A stretch of DNA of 64,000 bases, taken from contig JBHGNT010000016.1 of NCBI GenBank assembly GCA_043228905.1, positions 3,720,001-3,784,000 on the forward strand. The letters are read 5' to 3'. Position 1 is the stretch's first letter, and every line of letters begins with the position of its first letter. Of this stretch, positions 1-11,500 are shown piece by piece. Origin of the DNA: Azolla caroliniana. Its lineage: Eukaryota > Plantae > Polypodiophyta. Under the pieces are notes generated by a model. The model was not told the origin of the DNA and made no database searches. It saw only the letters and a program-made list of their open reading frames with translations. Position numbers and translations under genes: made by a program.

Positions 1-1527
1 CTACCCTCAACATATGATGTTGGAGCCCCTTCACTTGGTGTTGTATCCCATAAATTTTAGTTCAAATGTTTGGTCATGCAAGTTTTGTGGTAAATGCTAA
101 TATATCTTTTTTCCCCTAATTCTAAGGCAATGCCATGTCTCAAAGGATTCATCAATTGTTATGTGTTAAGAAATTTTCCCTTGATCACGTACACAATCAA
201 CATAAACACATAGGTCCATTTCCATGATACCCTAGTAAGCATTGGCGACAAGCCTTACCAAACAAAATAAAAGTGTGAGGGAGACCAATGTAGTTAGGCT
301 TTCAACTAAAGTTTGTATACAACTATTGTGTTACTCATTTAAACATGCAAAACTCAAACTTATATGTGGCCTATTATTTGCATTTTACAAAATAATGTGG
401 CATACTATGAAATGTGTTTTGTGTGTAAACTATGGGTCAATTGCTTGCGGTTGGAATATTTCCAAGGACTTATTTCTTGACGTATCAAAACCACATTATT
501 TTCTCTTCTTTTATGTAACAAGAAGAGGAATGGCAAATTTCATTACTAGGATCACACCCCTTCAGGTAGGTTAGACTACTAACTTGTGTAGCCCAAGCAT
601 AAAATCTTCATTACATATGTATTGTTGTGCATAGGGCTTGGAGGTCTTTTTATACATAAAAAGATATGGATTCCTTTTTAATCTTTTAACTATAAATACT
701 CAAGAATTTAATAATTACTTGTTCAAACATAGAGAAATTGATTGTGAGGTAGTTACACATTGTTCCAAACATTCTCCATGTAATTCAAATGATTAATTAT
801 TAATTATTATATTTTGTAGGCGCATCCTTTATATCTAAACAATTGAATTATAAGACAACCTTGTCATTGCATCCAAGGCGATCTCAACTCGATTCTGATG
901 GCTTAGATTGACAGCTTCGAATTCACAAAGTTCAGCTTTCAAACTTATAAGACATTTACATTTAGGCGTGAGACAAGGCGCATGCATATGCACACATTCC
1001 TTGAAGCTTGAACTAGAATGTGGGTTCGACATTCATAGCAAAGGAAACATAACGTGATATCAACGACAGAGAGTTAGTTGTGTGTGCATGCATATGTACG
1101 AGCGAAAGAGTTGACGACATAGGGGATCCGGGTGGGACAAAGAGATGGGAAAGGTGTAAATGGGATCCTAGGGAATGTTATAGTTGTTGTTTGTTTCTTT
1201 GGTGTAAGTAGTGATTTGGCTCCACTTTTTGCTTGTAATTGGCTTATTATTATGTAAACGTTATAAAATGGCTGCTAGTAATTGGGAAGGAAATCACACA
1301 CTTCTTTATGACGTTTGGGTTGTGTTGCACCAACACAATACATCCATCCCTAATGGTTATAGAGAGCTTTTTTCATCATCAATAATGCCCTTTCTAAACC
1401 ACATTAACCTTGACAAGCCGATTATATATTGGATTAGTCACATATTTATATACAAATCTATGCAATTAGATTGAAAAAACAGCATTCTTAGAGCTTTTAA
1501 ACCAACCCCCACCCCAAGAAAAAACAA

Positions 1528-2856
1528 ATGAATGATAGTATTATTCATGCTGATGATGGTCATGTTTCCTCTTCAGAATCTCTCTTCTGCCATGACCCAC
1601 AATTTACCTCTCCACATTTGGATCGGGAAACCCTAATTATTCAGCATCATGATGATAATGACTGTAGTTATCATCGCCATCATGGTGATGATACTATAAT
1701 GATGAGCCCTCCTACCATGCACCCAAATTTAGTGATGACTCTCAAGTCCATATTACTGGCGTCCCCTGAATCCATCGATTCTTCTACGAGCATTGCTGCG
1801 ATTCCTGATCTCCCAATGACCCATTTTAGCCCCAATCCCCGAGGAAAGGTTGTGGGCGACCCCAACTATGGCGATAAATGCATTGCACGAAAGAAGCTCC
1901 ATATGACAGAAGTCAGTTTGGGTTATGGCGATAGTAATCTCAATATGAAGAATAGGAATGACGATGTGGGCGATTTTGGCTATGGAGAGAATGGAGATAC
2001 AGAGAAGGGAAATGATGGTGATGTGGGCGATTTTGGCTATGGCAACAAGATTGCAGCACCAGAGAAGCTGAAGATGAAGAAGAGAAATGATGATGATGAC
2101 CTTATCGAAGTTGTTCCTTTAGACCTCATCAGAAATAAGAGGCCTTTCACATGCTCCTATGAAGGCTGCCTCAAAACCTTCAAAAACCCCCAAACCCTCA
2201 GAATGCACTACAAGACCCATTCTAAAGGCACGCCTCGGGTTCACGCTTCGATGACCTTAGCCAAAGACACTCAAACCCTAGATACAAATGCCAGACCTTC
2301 GAGTACAGACACTGCCCTACCAACTCCAAATGTTGGACTTTCCGTGAGCTCGATGAGTACAGATGTCGGGTCTCCGATTCACTCAACGGGCAACAAGCCG
2401 ACAATGGCTCACAGGAACAGGAAGAAAGTCCCCTCTAGATGTCCTCTGTGCAAGGAGAGTTTCGTTGGACTCTATGAACTCCGGAGACATTTTGGGAGGA
2501 AGCACTCTCAAGGCGAGAAACAACACGCGTGTCGGAAATGCGGTAAACGGTTTTACGTCGAAGTCGACCTTAGAGACCACGAGAAGCTTTGCGGTGTGCC
2601 TGTGTCGTGCCAATGCGGCATGAAATTTGCCTTCAAATGTAACTTGATTTCACATAAGAGGGCCCACCCTGAGTGCCAAGATCATATTCTAGATGTTCAT
2701 TCTACTCACTCTGCTCCTACCAGTCACTCTACTCGTCATGACTATCATAGTTGCCATCTAGCTACCTCATTTAGCCCTTTGAGTATGCCACTCTTCCCAC
2801 CTCCCCAGTTTGATGCTCAATTTGAGCCAATGTTCGATAATGAGAATGTTGACTAG
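1528..2856 (+). CDS. C2H2 zinc-finger transcription factor, WIP/STOP1/IDD-related four-finger array (intronless)
   Basis: 442-aa ORF with fingers CSYEGC..LRMHYKTH, CPLC..RRHFGRKH, CRKCGKRFYVEVDLRDHEKLCG and CQCGMKFAFKCNLISHKRAH. The last three follow the WIP/STOP1 pattern. No WIP tripeptide seen. Confidence 0.85.
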   Translation: MNDSIIHADDGHVSSSESLFCHDPQFTSPHLDRETLIIQHHDDNDCSYHRHHGDDTIMMSPPTMHPNLVMTLKSILLASPESIDSSTSIAAIPDLPMTHFSPNPRGKVVGDPNYGDKCIARKKLHMTEVSLGYGDSNLNMKNRNDDVGDFGYGENGDTEKGNDGDVGDFGYGNKIAAPEKLKMKKRNDDDDLIEVVPLDLIRNKRPFTCSYEGCLKTFKNPQTLRMHYKTHSKGTPRVHASMTLAKDTQTLDTNARPSSTDTALPTPNVGLSVSSMSTDVGSPIHSTGNKPTMAHRNRKKVPSRCPLCKESFVGLYELRRHFGRKHSQGEKQHACRKCGKRFYVEVDLRDHEKLCGVPVSCQCGMKFAFKCNLISHKRAHPECQDHILDVHSTHSAPTSHSTRHDYHSCHLATSFSPLSMPLFPPPQFDAQFEPMFDNENVD

Positions 2857-3479
2857 TTGAGGATTTGGTTGAAAATACCATATTACATACATACCATTTT
2901 CCATCGAGTGTCATGCATAGGACAAAGAGGATAGATTACCTACAACACTTGCGTCTTTTACTTTTAATGACATACATAGGATCTATGGCTGATATTGCCT
3001 CCCTACTATCAACATGTCAATCCTATATTTATGGTTATTAAGAAGAAAAATTAGAGTAAGCAAACACTTTCACCTCGTGGAAGCATTGGTCCATGAAACG
3101 AGGCATGTGGTCCTATCGAATAAACCATGATTATATATATATGTATCTCTACGTTTAAGAGTGAATGGTTAAGTTATATAATACATATATTTATTATATT
3201 GTAATCATATGGGCGCAACCGTAAGAATCATATGGCTAACAAACGTAAGAATCATATGGCTAACAAACACATGCTTTTGTTGGAAAACTGGCAAGAAACT
3301 GACACCCGAGCCCAAAGAAACAGGATCGGGAAAACTTTGTGTACCGATGTTTTTTCGTTAAAACTTAAACCCTCACTCACTCTCAACTCTTTTGAAAGAT
3401 TTTTGCACAAACATCATAAAAAAATAACACACACAGAAGTCCTCTCCCACACACATCCCATCAAAAAGAAAAACAGTAG

Positions 3480-3605
3480 CTATTTCTCTTTTATCCCCTG
3501 TTGCATTATCACACACCCTCTGTTCTTCTCTTTCCCTTTCTTTGTTTTTTTCTTTTTCAAACCCATGATCCGAGCTTCTTCCCCACACGTACATATTATG
3601 CAAAG
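3480..3605 (+). other. Probable first (leader) exon of the dihydroorotase gene; 5' boundary approximate
   Basis: CT-rich leader ending at a strong donor AAAG|GTAAGG (3605/3606). The next good acceptor seen is TTGCAG| at 5573/5574. Confidence 0.45.
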
Positions 3606-5581
3606 GTAAGGCTGAATTCGTCTTCACCATCGTGTACTGAGTTTTTCTGTGTTCTTTTCAGTTCTGACATCTGGGCCTTCTTATGCTTTGGAATAGATCA
3701 ACAATATAACACTATCACAAAGCCCTGGAAGTACTCGTCATTCCATTTATTTGTGAATCATTTTCCAGTGTAAGCACTTTTCTGCAAGACCTGACCTACA
3801 TGGTTGATTAAAATCTGCCATATTTGAGCTACATGATCAATCAATGTGCATGTGCGCGCGCTTCTACGCATCCATACACGCATGCATCTATGTGTCAAAT
3901 GAGCTACGTGGTTGAACAAGCAGTTATGCGTGTTTGTTTATATATGCATGTCCATACATACGTATTTTTGTATGTATATATTCCATGAGCTACATGGTTT
4001 ATCAAGTGTATGTGTATGCATGTTTATGTATTGATATATGAGTGCGTATAGAGCAACATAATTTTATGAGAACCACAAAATGAATGAGATTTAATGTGAA
4101 TTAGTTTTAGGGTTTTGTCTCTTAAGAATGTGCCTTGTGCATTTAGAAGTAAAAGACTTGGTAATTAGGAGGTTCATTTTCTATACCAGCATAATAGTGC
4201 TCATCCAAATTTCCTTCACAACTCATGTGCAATTGCTGGATTGGGCTTCCCCCATTGTCCAATTTTCCCCACTGCTGCATCCCCATGGTGCGTGGGCCAT
4301 GTCTCATTTCCCAGTTTGGCTGATCGTCTGAAAAAATCAGCCAAGGATCTGTGGCTTGATCAGCTTTTATCCAACTAACTATCTAATACTACAGAGGCTC
4401 ATCATAAATAGCTTTTTAGATTAATCAAAAAACCAGTAGTGAAAAATTATAACACATTTAATTCTACAAGTAGCAAGTGTATTTCACCTAATATAAATCA
4501 CTTTAAATAGTAAGTTATTGAAAGAGAATTGTGTTCATCTCACCGTGTATATGTTTTTCAATCTTGTATTGCATTTGTAGTATGCTTGATAGGCAATAGA
4601 AAACAAATTCAACTAGCTGAAAAACTAACTTTTCATGTCAAACGTGAATTTATAACATTAGAAAGAAAGAAAGAAAGAAAGATATATTGACGTTTTTTAA
4701 GATGCCAGGATGGCCTATAAAACCAAACGAGAGATTACTAGAGAGATCTTAGAAGAATGCATTCTACATGTTTCTGAAATGTAGGAGTTGATTACATGCA
4801 TAGAATGTTAAATAGAATCAAATAATGAAAGATGCGAATTTAAGATGTGCTGCTAATTAAATTCATTGTAAAATGACTACAATGAAATGTAAATTTGTGG
4901 AGTAGGATGGCTGCTCAAGATTTCAACCTTTCTGAGAGAATATAAGCATATATACTTTAGTGATCTGCTTAGTAAACTATGTGGTTATTAGGGTACAATG
5001 TGTGTTTGTGTGTTTGTATCGAGTACTCTAGAGGAACCTTGTTATGCTACTAATTAATAATGAAGAAGAAAATCTAAATAACACCCACGTATGTAATACA
5101 CATGTTAAGGCAATCTAAATTATCATATGTAATAGACATGTTAAGACAACCTGTGTTAATCATATTAAGACACTCTAGCAAATCACATTCTCCATATTGT
5201 GTTGAGGAAAGAATTCATCTGATCTTTTCCTATGGTTATGTTATGGCATACATATTTCCAACTAGTCACGCAACGACTCAAATAGATTAGAAAGCTTCAG
5301 TTATGCAATTTTGTAATGTCAGGCAAGGTATTATCCATTGTATCTTAAACCTGTAAGGTTAATAATTCATACCCTTTTACTCGTTGGAACTTAGAATGGA
5401 TATGAATGTGTGAACACAGTATAGACATGAGTATATGAATGTGCATGCATGCCTTAATATGCTAACAAGGTAAATTGTTTTAGGTTTGCTTTTGCCTTGT
5501 AGATTCTCATGTTACTTTACCAGATAAATATGCAAAGAAAACCTAGTGATTGATACATTTGCCTGAATTGCAGAATGGTTG

Positions 5582-8500
5582 ATGCTATGGAGTAGAATGG
5601 ACATCTCAGAACTGACATCATCATCTTCAATCGCCATATTTACTCCTCGTGTGAGTGCTTTGTATCACCAGAGCTATAGAAGACAGAATGTATGCAAAAG
5701 CAAGATCATTGGCAGCAGTGTGAGTTTATCTCTTGTTCCTTACCTTTCTGGAAATTCTAAAAATAATTTTTTTGTGACATTTTCATGCAATGATTGAGTA
5801 TGCTGTGTGCGTTAATAACGGTCACACAAAAGGAGTGTTGACATTGATGGAGACAAACTTCTAAGGGAAACTTTACGTGCGCATTGAATGAGAAGGGTAT
5901 TAGAAATATTGAGAATCGAGTAGATAGGTATATAGAGTTACAACTGCAGAGATGGATATATGAAAACAGAATTTCTATTACATATGAGAGTAGTTCAAAA
6001 TGGTAGTTTTCCCATGCGCTCACACCTTAGAGCTTAGATAGGATATGGACCGGCTCACTACAAAATTAGTGGGGACTAATGATCAATCTGACCACCGTGT
6101 GAGAAAAGTGACTTATAATCTATGTTTGGTCTTAGTATAAATGTGCAAGTCAGTTGACAGTAGTGGAGATATTCCTTTTCTGTCAACTAACTTGTCATTT
6201 AATATGACCCAACTCCCTAGGTACAGGCTAGTGCTAGATAATACTTATCTTGAAGTCAATGACGCATACTTCAAGACTAAGTACATCGTAACTTGCCCAC
6301 AAAATATTCTAGCTGACTTGATTAGCCAATCCTTTTATCTATTTCTCTCTTTCCTAAATATATTGTGTCCTACGCATCTACGGTTTCCTAGATTAACACC
6401 TTATCGACCCATATGGTCGAGTTGCACACTAGCCGCTCCTCATTTGGGGCGCTATCACAAAATGTGCACTCTAAGAGCACATATGGGGATAGATTTACAA
6501 CTTGGGGCTGATCATTGATTATATCTAACACGCCCCCTCAATGATCAACCCATTGAGTTCACTTGGAATTGGGCCAACACCTAGTCGTCGAAGGTGTTGT
6601 TGCAACTGTTCTGCCCCAAGCGCCTTTGTGAAGATATCTGCAGCATTTTCTGATGTTGGACAGTACTCAAGCTCCACAATCTCATCATTTATTAGCTCCC
6701 GCACATAGTGATACTGAATCTCTATGTGTTTAGTACGTGCATGAAATACGGGGTTCTTGGCAATGGCCATGCAACTCTGATTGTCACACCTCAATACCGT
6801 TGCCGTCCTTATTGGGACTGCCACATCCATAAGGATTCTTCTTAGCCAAACTACCTCGCATGCCGCTATGCATGCTGCTTTGTATTCTGCCTCCGTTGAA
6901 GATAGTGCCACTGTTGGTTGTTTTTTACTACTCCATGAAACAGCTCCAGATCCTATTGAAAAACAATATCCAGAAACTGATTTTCTGGAATCACTATCTC
7001 CAGCCCAATCGGAGTCGCAATATCCACTAAGTTGGTCAATTGTTGGCTTGTAGAAGATTCCATAATTTAAAGTACCCACAATGTACTTTAATACACGTAG
7101 AGCAGCTTTCCAATGAGTCTCCTTCGGCTTGTTGCTGAATCGACTCACCACATTGACTGCAAAACAAATATCCGGCCTAGTGTTGCATAGGAAAATTAGA
7201 CTTCCTACTAGTTGTCTATACTTCCTTATGTCAACCATTGGTGATGAGTCTTCTTGGGATAGCTTGCAGTTTGACTCCATTGGAGTCGACTTCGACTTGC
7301 TGTCCATCATCCCGAAGGTCTTCAAGATCTCTGTTGCATACTTTCTTTGTGACATGAAGATGCCGACCGAGGTTTGCCAAACCTCAATTCCAAGGAAGTA
7401 GTGTAGAATCCCCAAGTCTGTCATTTCAAACTCAGTTTTCAAACACTCTTGTGTTTGGCCAATGCACTCTTCATGGTCACCAGTAAGTACTAGATCATCC
7501 ACGTAAATGATAATGATGACTTGTTTCCCGTCCTTCATTTTGACATACATACTTGCATCCGAAGCACATTGCTTAAAGTCGATTGATCGTAAGAAGCTGT
7601 CTATCCTCTTGTTCCAAGCTCTTGGTGCTTGCTTTAGACCATATAGTGCCTTCTTCAGCTTGCAAACTTTGTTTTCTGAATTCGGTATCTCAAACCCCGG
7701 TGGTTGTGTCACATATACCTCCTCCTTGAGATGCCCATTCAGAAATGCTGATTTGACATCCATTTGATAAATCGGCCATCCTCTTGAAGCAGCCAACGCT
7801 ATGACCATTCGAATTGTTGTCATGCGAGCTGTCGGGGCAAATGTTTCTTGTACATCGAACCCTTCAATTTGGGAGTATCCTTGCGCTACTAGCCTGGCCT
7901 TGAATTTCTCCAAAGAGCCATCAGCTTTATACTTTACTTTCCATACCCACTTCGTGCCTATCACCTTCTTCTTTGTTGGCCTCTCTACCAACTCCCATGT
8001 GTCATTTTTCATGATGCTATCATATTCTGATATCATCGCCTCTTTCCACTTCGGGTCGGCCATAGCTTCCTCCACCGAGGTCGGCTCACTCACTGAGCCT
8101 ATGATGTCCACCATCAGAGCCATGTTGACAATGTGGTCAGAGGTTCTTCCTTGCTCCTGTATTCTTCTTGATCTTCGTAATCCATCAGTTGAAGTTTCAG
8201 GAAACTCAACTTTAGGAGTATGATCATTGAAGAGTTGTTGAGCCCACTTAGGTATTTTCTTTACATGTGGGACTGGCATAGGCTGAACTAGTGAACCATT
8301 ACCATCAGATGGTTCAGCTTCCTTTTTTGGATAATGGGTCGGGATTGGGTAAAATACTTCTTCAGTTGATGAGATAACTTGAGAATCGTTGTTCTCAGCT
8401 AGCTGTGGTTGTTCCTCATCGAACACCACATCGCGGCTTGTCAATATCTTTCTTGCCTCTGGATCGTAGAGTCGATAGGCCTTTGACTCTTCACTATATC

Positions 8501-11500
8501 CGAGAAAGATACACTTTTTGCTTTTAGCATCCAACTTCTTTCTGCTCACATCTGGAATATGTGCGTAGCACATACACCCAAAGGTTCTGAAGTGCAGCAC
8601 TGAAGGTTTCTTGCCTGAATAAGCTTCTTGGGGTGTTTTCCCTTGAAGTGCCTTCGTGTAGCTCCGATTGAGGATGTAAACTGCTGTGTTCACTGCTTCA
8701 GCCCAGAATGGGTCGGGCAGCGCTTGTGCCTTCAACATACACCTAGCCATCTCGACAACTGTTCGATTTCGACGTTCGACAACGCCATTTTGTTGTGGGG
8801 TGTAGGCAGTTGTAAGTTGGCGCTTAATTCCATGCTCTTTGCAATACTCACAGAATTCTATTGATAAGAATTCTCCACCTCGATCAGAGCGTAGCTCCTT
8901 CACTAACTTTCCAGACTCTCGCTCGACAAACTTATGCCATCTTTTGAAGATTTTAAAAGCTTCAGCCTTCTCCCGAAGGAAGTAAACCCACATCTTTCTG
9001 CTGAAGTCGTCGACTATTAGCATATAGTAGAGAGATCCACCCATTGCAGGAGTCACCATTTTTCCAGAGAGGTCAATGTGTATTAGCTGTAGAGGAGTCT
9101 TTGCCCGATTTTGACTCTCTTTTGGAATGGCTGATCTTTGATGCTTGGCAAGCATCACAAACATGACTTAAGTCAGATAGGGTTGGCAACCCAACTACCA
9201 TATTCGACTTCTTCATCTCCTTCAACACAGCAACGTTGAGATGCCCAAATCTCTCATGCCATTGCTTTGTGTTGGTACTTGTGCTGTGGTCAGTAGAAAT
9301 GGTAAACGCGCTCAGCTCATAGAGATTGTTGCGCCTCACCCCTATTCCTACAACCTTGCCAGCAGAATCTGTTATTTCTGCACCCGACTTCTTGAATCGA
9401 ACATCAAGACCCTTGTCAGTCAGTGCAGAAATGGACAGTAGATTCTTCTTCAGATCTGGCACGTACAACACTTGAGAGAGATGCTTTGTCCCACCGGTCG
9501 TTGCTTTGAGGGAGACGGTTCCGGTTCCTTTGGCCGGACATCGAGCATTGTTCCCGACCACAACATTGATGGGCTCTTGTAGAGGTGTCCAAGAACTGTA
9601 CCAGTCACGATTACTGGTCATATGTCGGGATGCTCCACTATCGAGAATCCAAGACTCATCAACAACTTGAGTGTCAACTGAAGAACACACTTCTTCAGTT
9701 GCGACCCATAACTCAAGTTCATCTACGACATTGTTAGCGGACTCGGGCTCTCTCCAAGAAGTCTTATTAGAACCATTCTTCTCATCCGCCATCTTCTTTC
9801 GACAATCCTTGATTGTGTGACCCTTCTTGTCACAGTAGAAACACGATCCATTGAACTTCTTCTTCTTCGGTATCCTATTCGCATTGTTTGAATTGGATGC
9901 CCCTTCACCCTTAGTCCTAGAGACAAATGCTGAATCTTCCCTTTCTTCTCTTGTCTTCTGCCGAAGCTCCTCTTCAAGCAGCATTGCACTTAGTTCATCA
10001 AATTTTAAAGGAGTGGGTCGAACCTGAGTGTTCAATGCTGTCACAATGCCATCATACTTGAAAGGAAGTACTCGAATGCACTGACGAGCCATATCCTCTT
10101 GAGAGACGACTACTCCAACAGCCGCCAGCTGATCTTGAAGATCCTTAATCCTTTTTACAAAGGATTCTACTTTCTCTCCATCAGCGAGCTTCTCTGCAGC
10201 AAGCTGATTTTCGAGGTTTTGTATCCTTGTATAGTTTCTGGTCTCATACTGGCTGGCCAATATGCTCCAAGCTTCATGTGCCCTAGTTGTATGTTGCACT
10301 AGTGTTAGTACGGAGTCACATACACCAGTGACTATGGTACATAGCGCATCAGCATTCCTTCTCTTCCAGGCTCGAAGTAGATCAGCATTTGGAGGAATTG
10401 ATGTGGTAGGGTGTGCAGGGTCAAAGGTTGCCATGGGCTCAGGGTCTCCCCCTGTGGGTCCCATGATTGTTTCCAACAACTCGTAGGAATCCAAAATGGC
10501 AGACATTTTGAACTTCCATAGAGTGTAGTTGGTTCCATCTAGCTTTCCATCAGACAATGGAGGTGGGCGAATGCGCAATGGAGCAGCTGCAACATTCGTG
10601 GACAAGGCCATTGATACTCTGTCTCTGTCTCTCTCTCTCTCTATTTCTCTCTGTTGCTAGACAGCAACTACCCGTATATACCTAATCTAGATCAACCTCT
10701 TTGCTCTGATACCATATTAGAAATATTGAGAATCGAGTAGATAGGTATATAGAGTTACAACTGCAGAGATGGATATATGAAAACAGAATTTCTATTACAT
10801 ATGAGAGTAGTTCAAAATGGTAGTTTTCCCATGCGCTCACACCTTAGAGCTTAGATAGGATATGGACCGGCTCACTACAAAATTAGTGGGGACTAATGAT
10901 CAATCTGACCACTGTGTGAGAAAAGTGACTTATAATCTATGTTTGGTCTTAGTATAAATGTGCAAGTCAGTTGACAGTAGTGGAGATATTCCTTTTCTGT
11001 CAACTGACTTGTCATTTAATATGACCCAACTCCCTAGGTACAGGCTAGTGCTAGATAATACTTATCTTGAAGTCAATGACGCATACTTCAAGACTAAGTA
11101 CATCGTAACTTGCCCACAAAATATTCTAGCTGACTTGATTAGCCAATCCTTTTATCTATTTCTCTCTTTCCTAAATATATTGTGTCCTACGCATCTACGG
11201 TTTCCTAGATTAACACCTTATCGACCCATATGGTCGAGTTGCACACTAGCCGCTCCTCATTTGGGGCGCTATCACAAAATGTGCAATCTAAGAGCACATA
11301 TGGGGATAGATTTACAACTTGGGGCTGATCATTGATTATATCTAACAAAGGGGAGCATAATTTTCCCTTCCATTCTATTAATTCTCATCTTAGTGTTGCA
11401 TCACATGTTACGGGATTGGCCTGAGCAACTGTAAATCAGTCATAAGGGGATATCAGACTCAAGGGAACATTAGCTTCTGGTGATAAAATATGAGAAGATA

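Larger units (their letters stand above)
5898..11347 (-). mobile_element. Full-length Ty1/copia LTR retrotransposon inserted antisense in a DHOase intron
   Basis: Two 633-bp LTRs (5898-6530, 10715-11347); 5-bp TSD AAGGG (5893-5897, 11348-11352); tRNA-iMet PBS and PPT present; domain order gag-PR-IN-RT-RH. Confidence 0.97.

Noticed and set aside
1-600. ORF 242-574 and possible retroelement debris
   Set aside because: Non-ATG start and no diagnostic motifs that I could read with confidence.
3795-4065. CRISPR-like repeat-spacer appearance
   Set aside because: Eukaryotic intron, short degenerate repeats, irregular low-complexity spacers and no cas genes.
6141-6518. 125-aa ORF present twice (also 10958-11335)
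   Set aside because: Lies inside the LTRs, antisense to the element, with no recognisable domain. The duplication simply reflects the LTR pair.
9073-9164. Programmed ribosomal frameshift between gag and pol
   Set aside because: The break falls inside the integrase zinc finger, after protease. Plant copia elements normally have one ORF, no slippery heptamer is evident, and a small deletion explains it.
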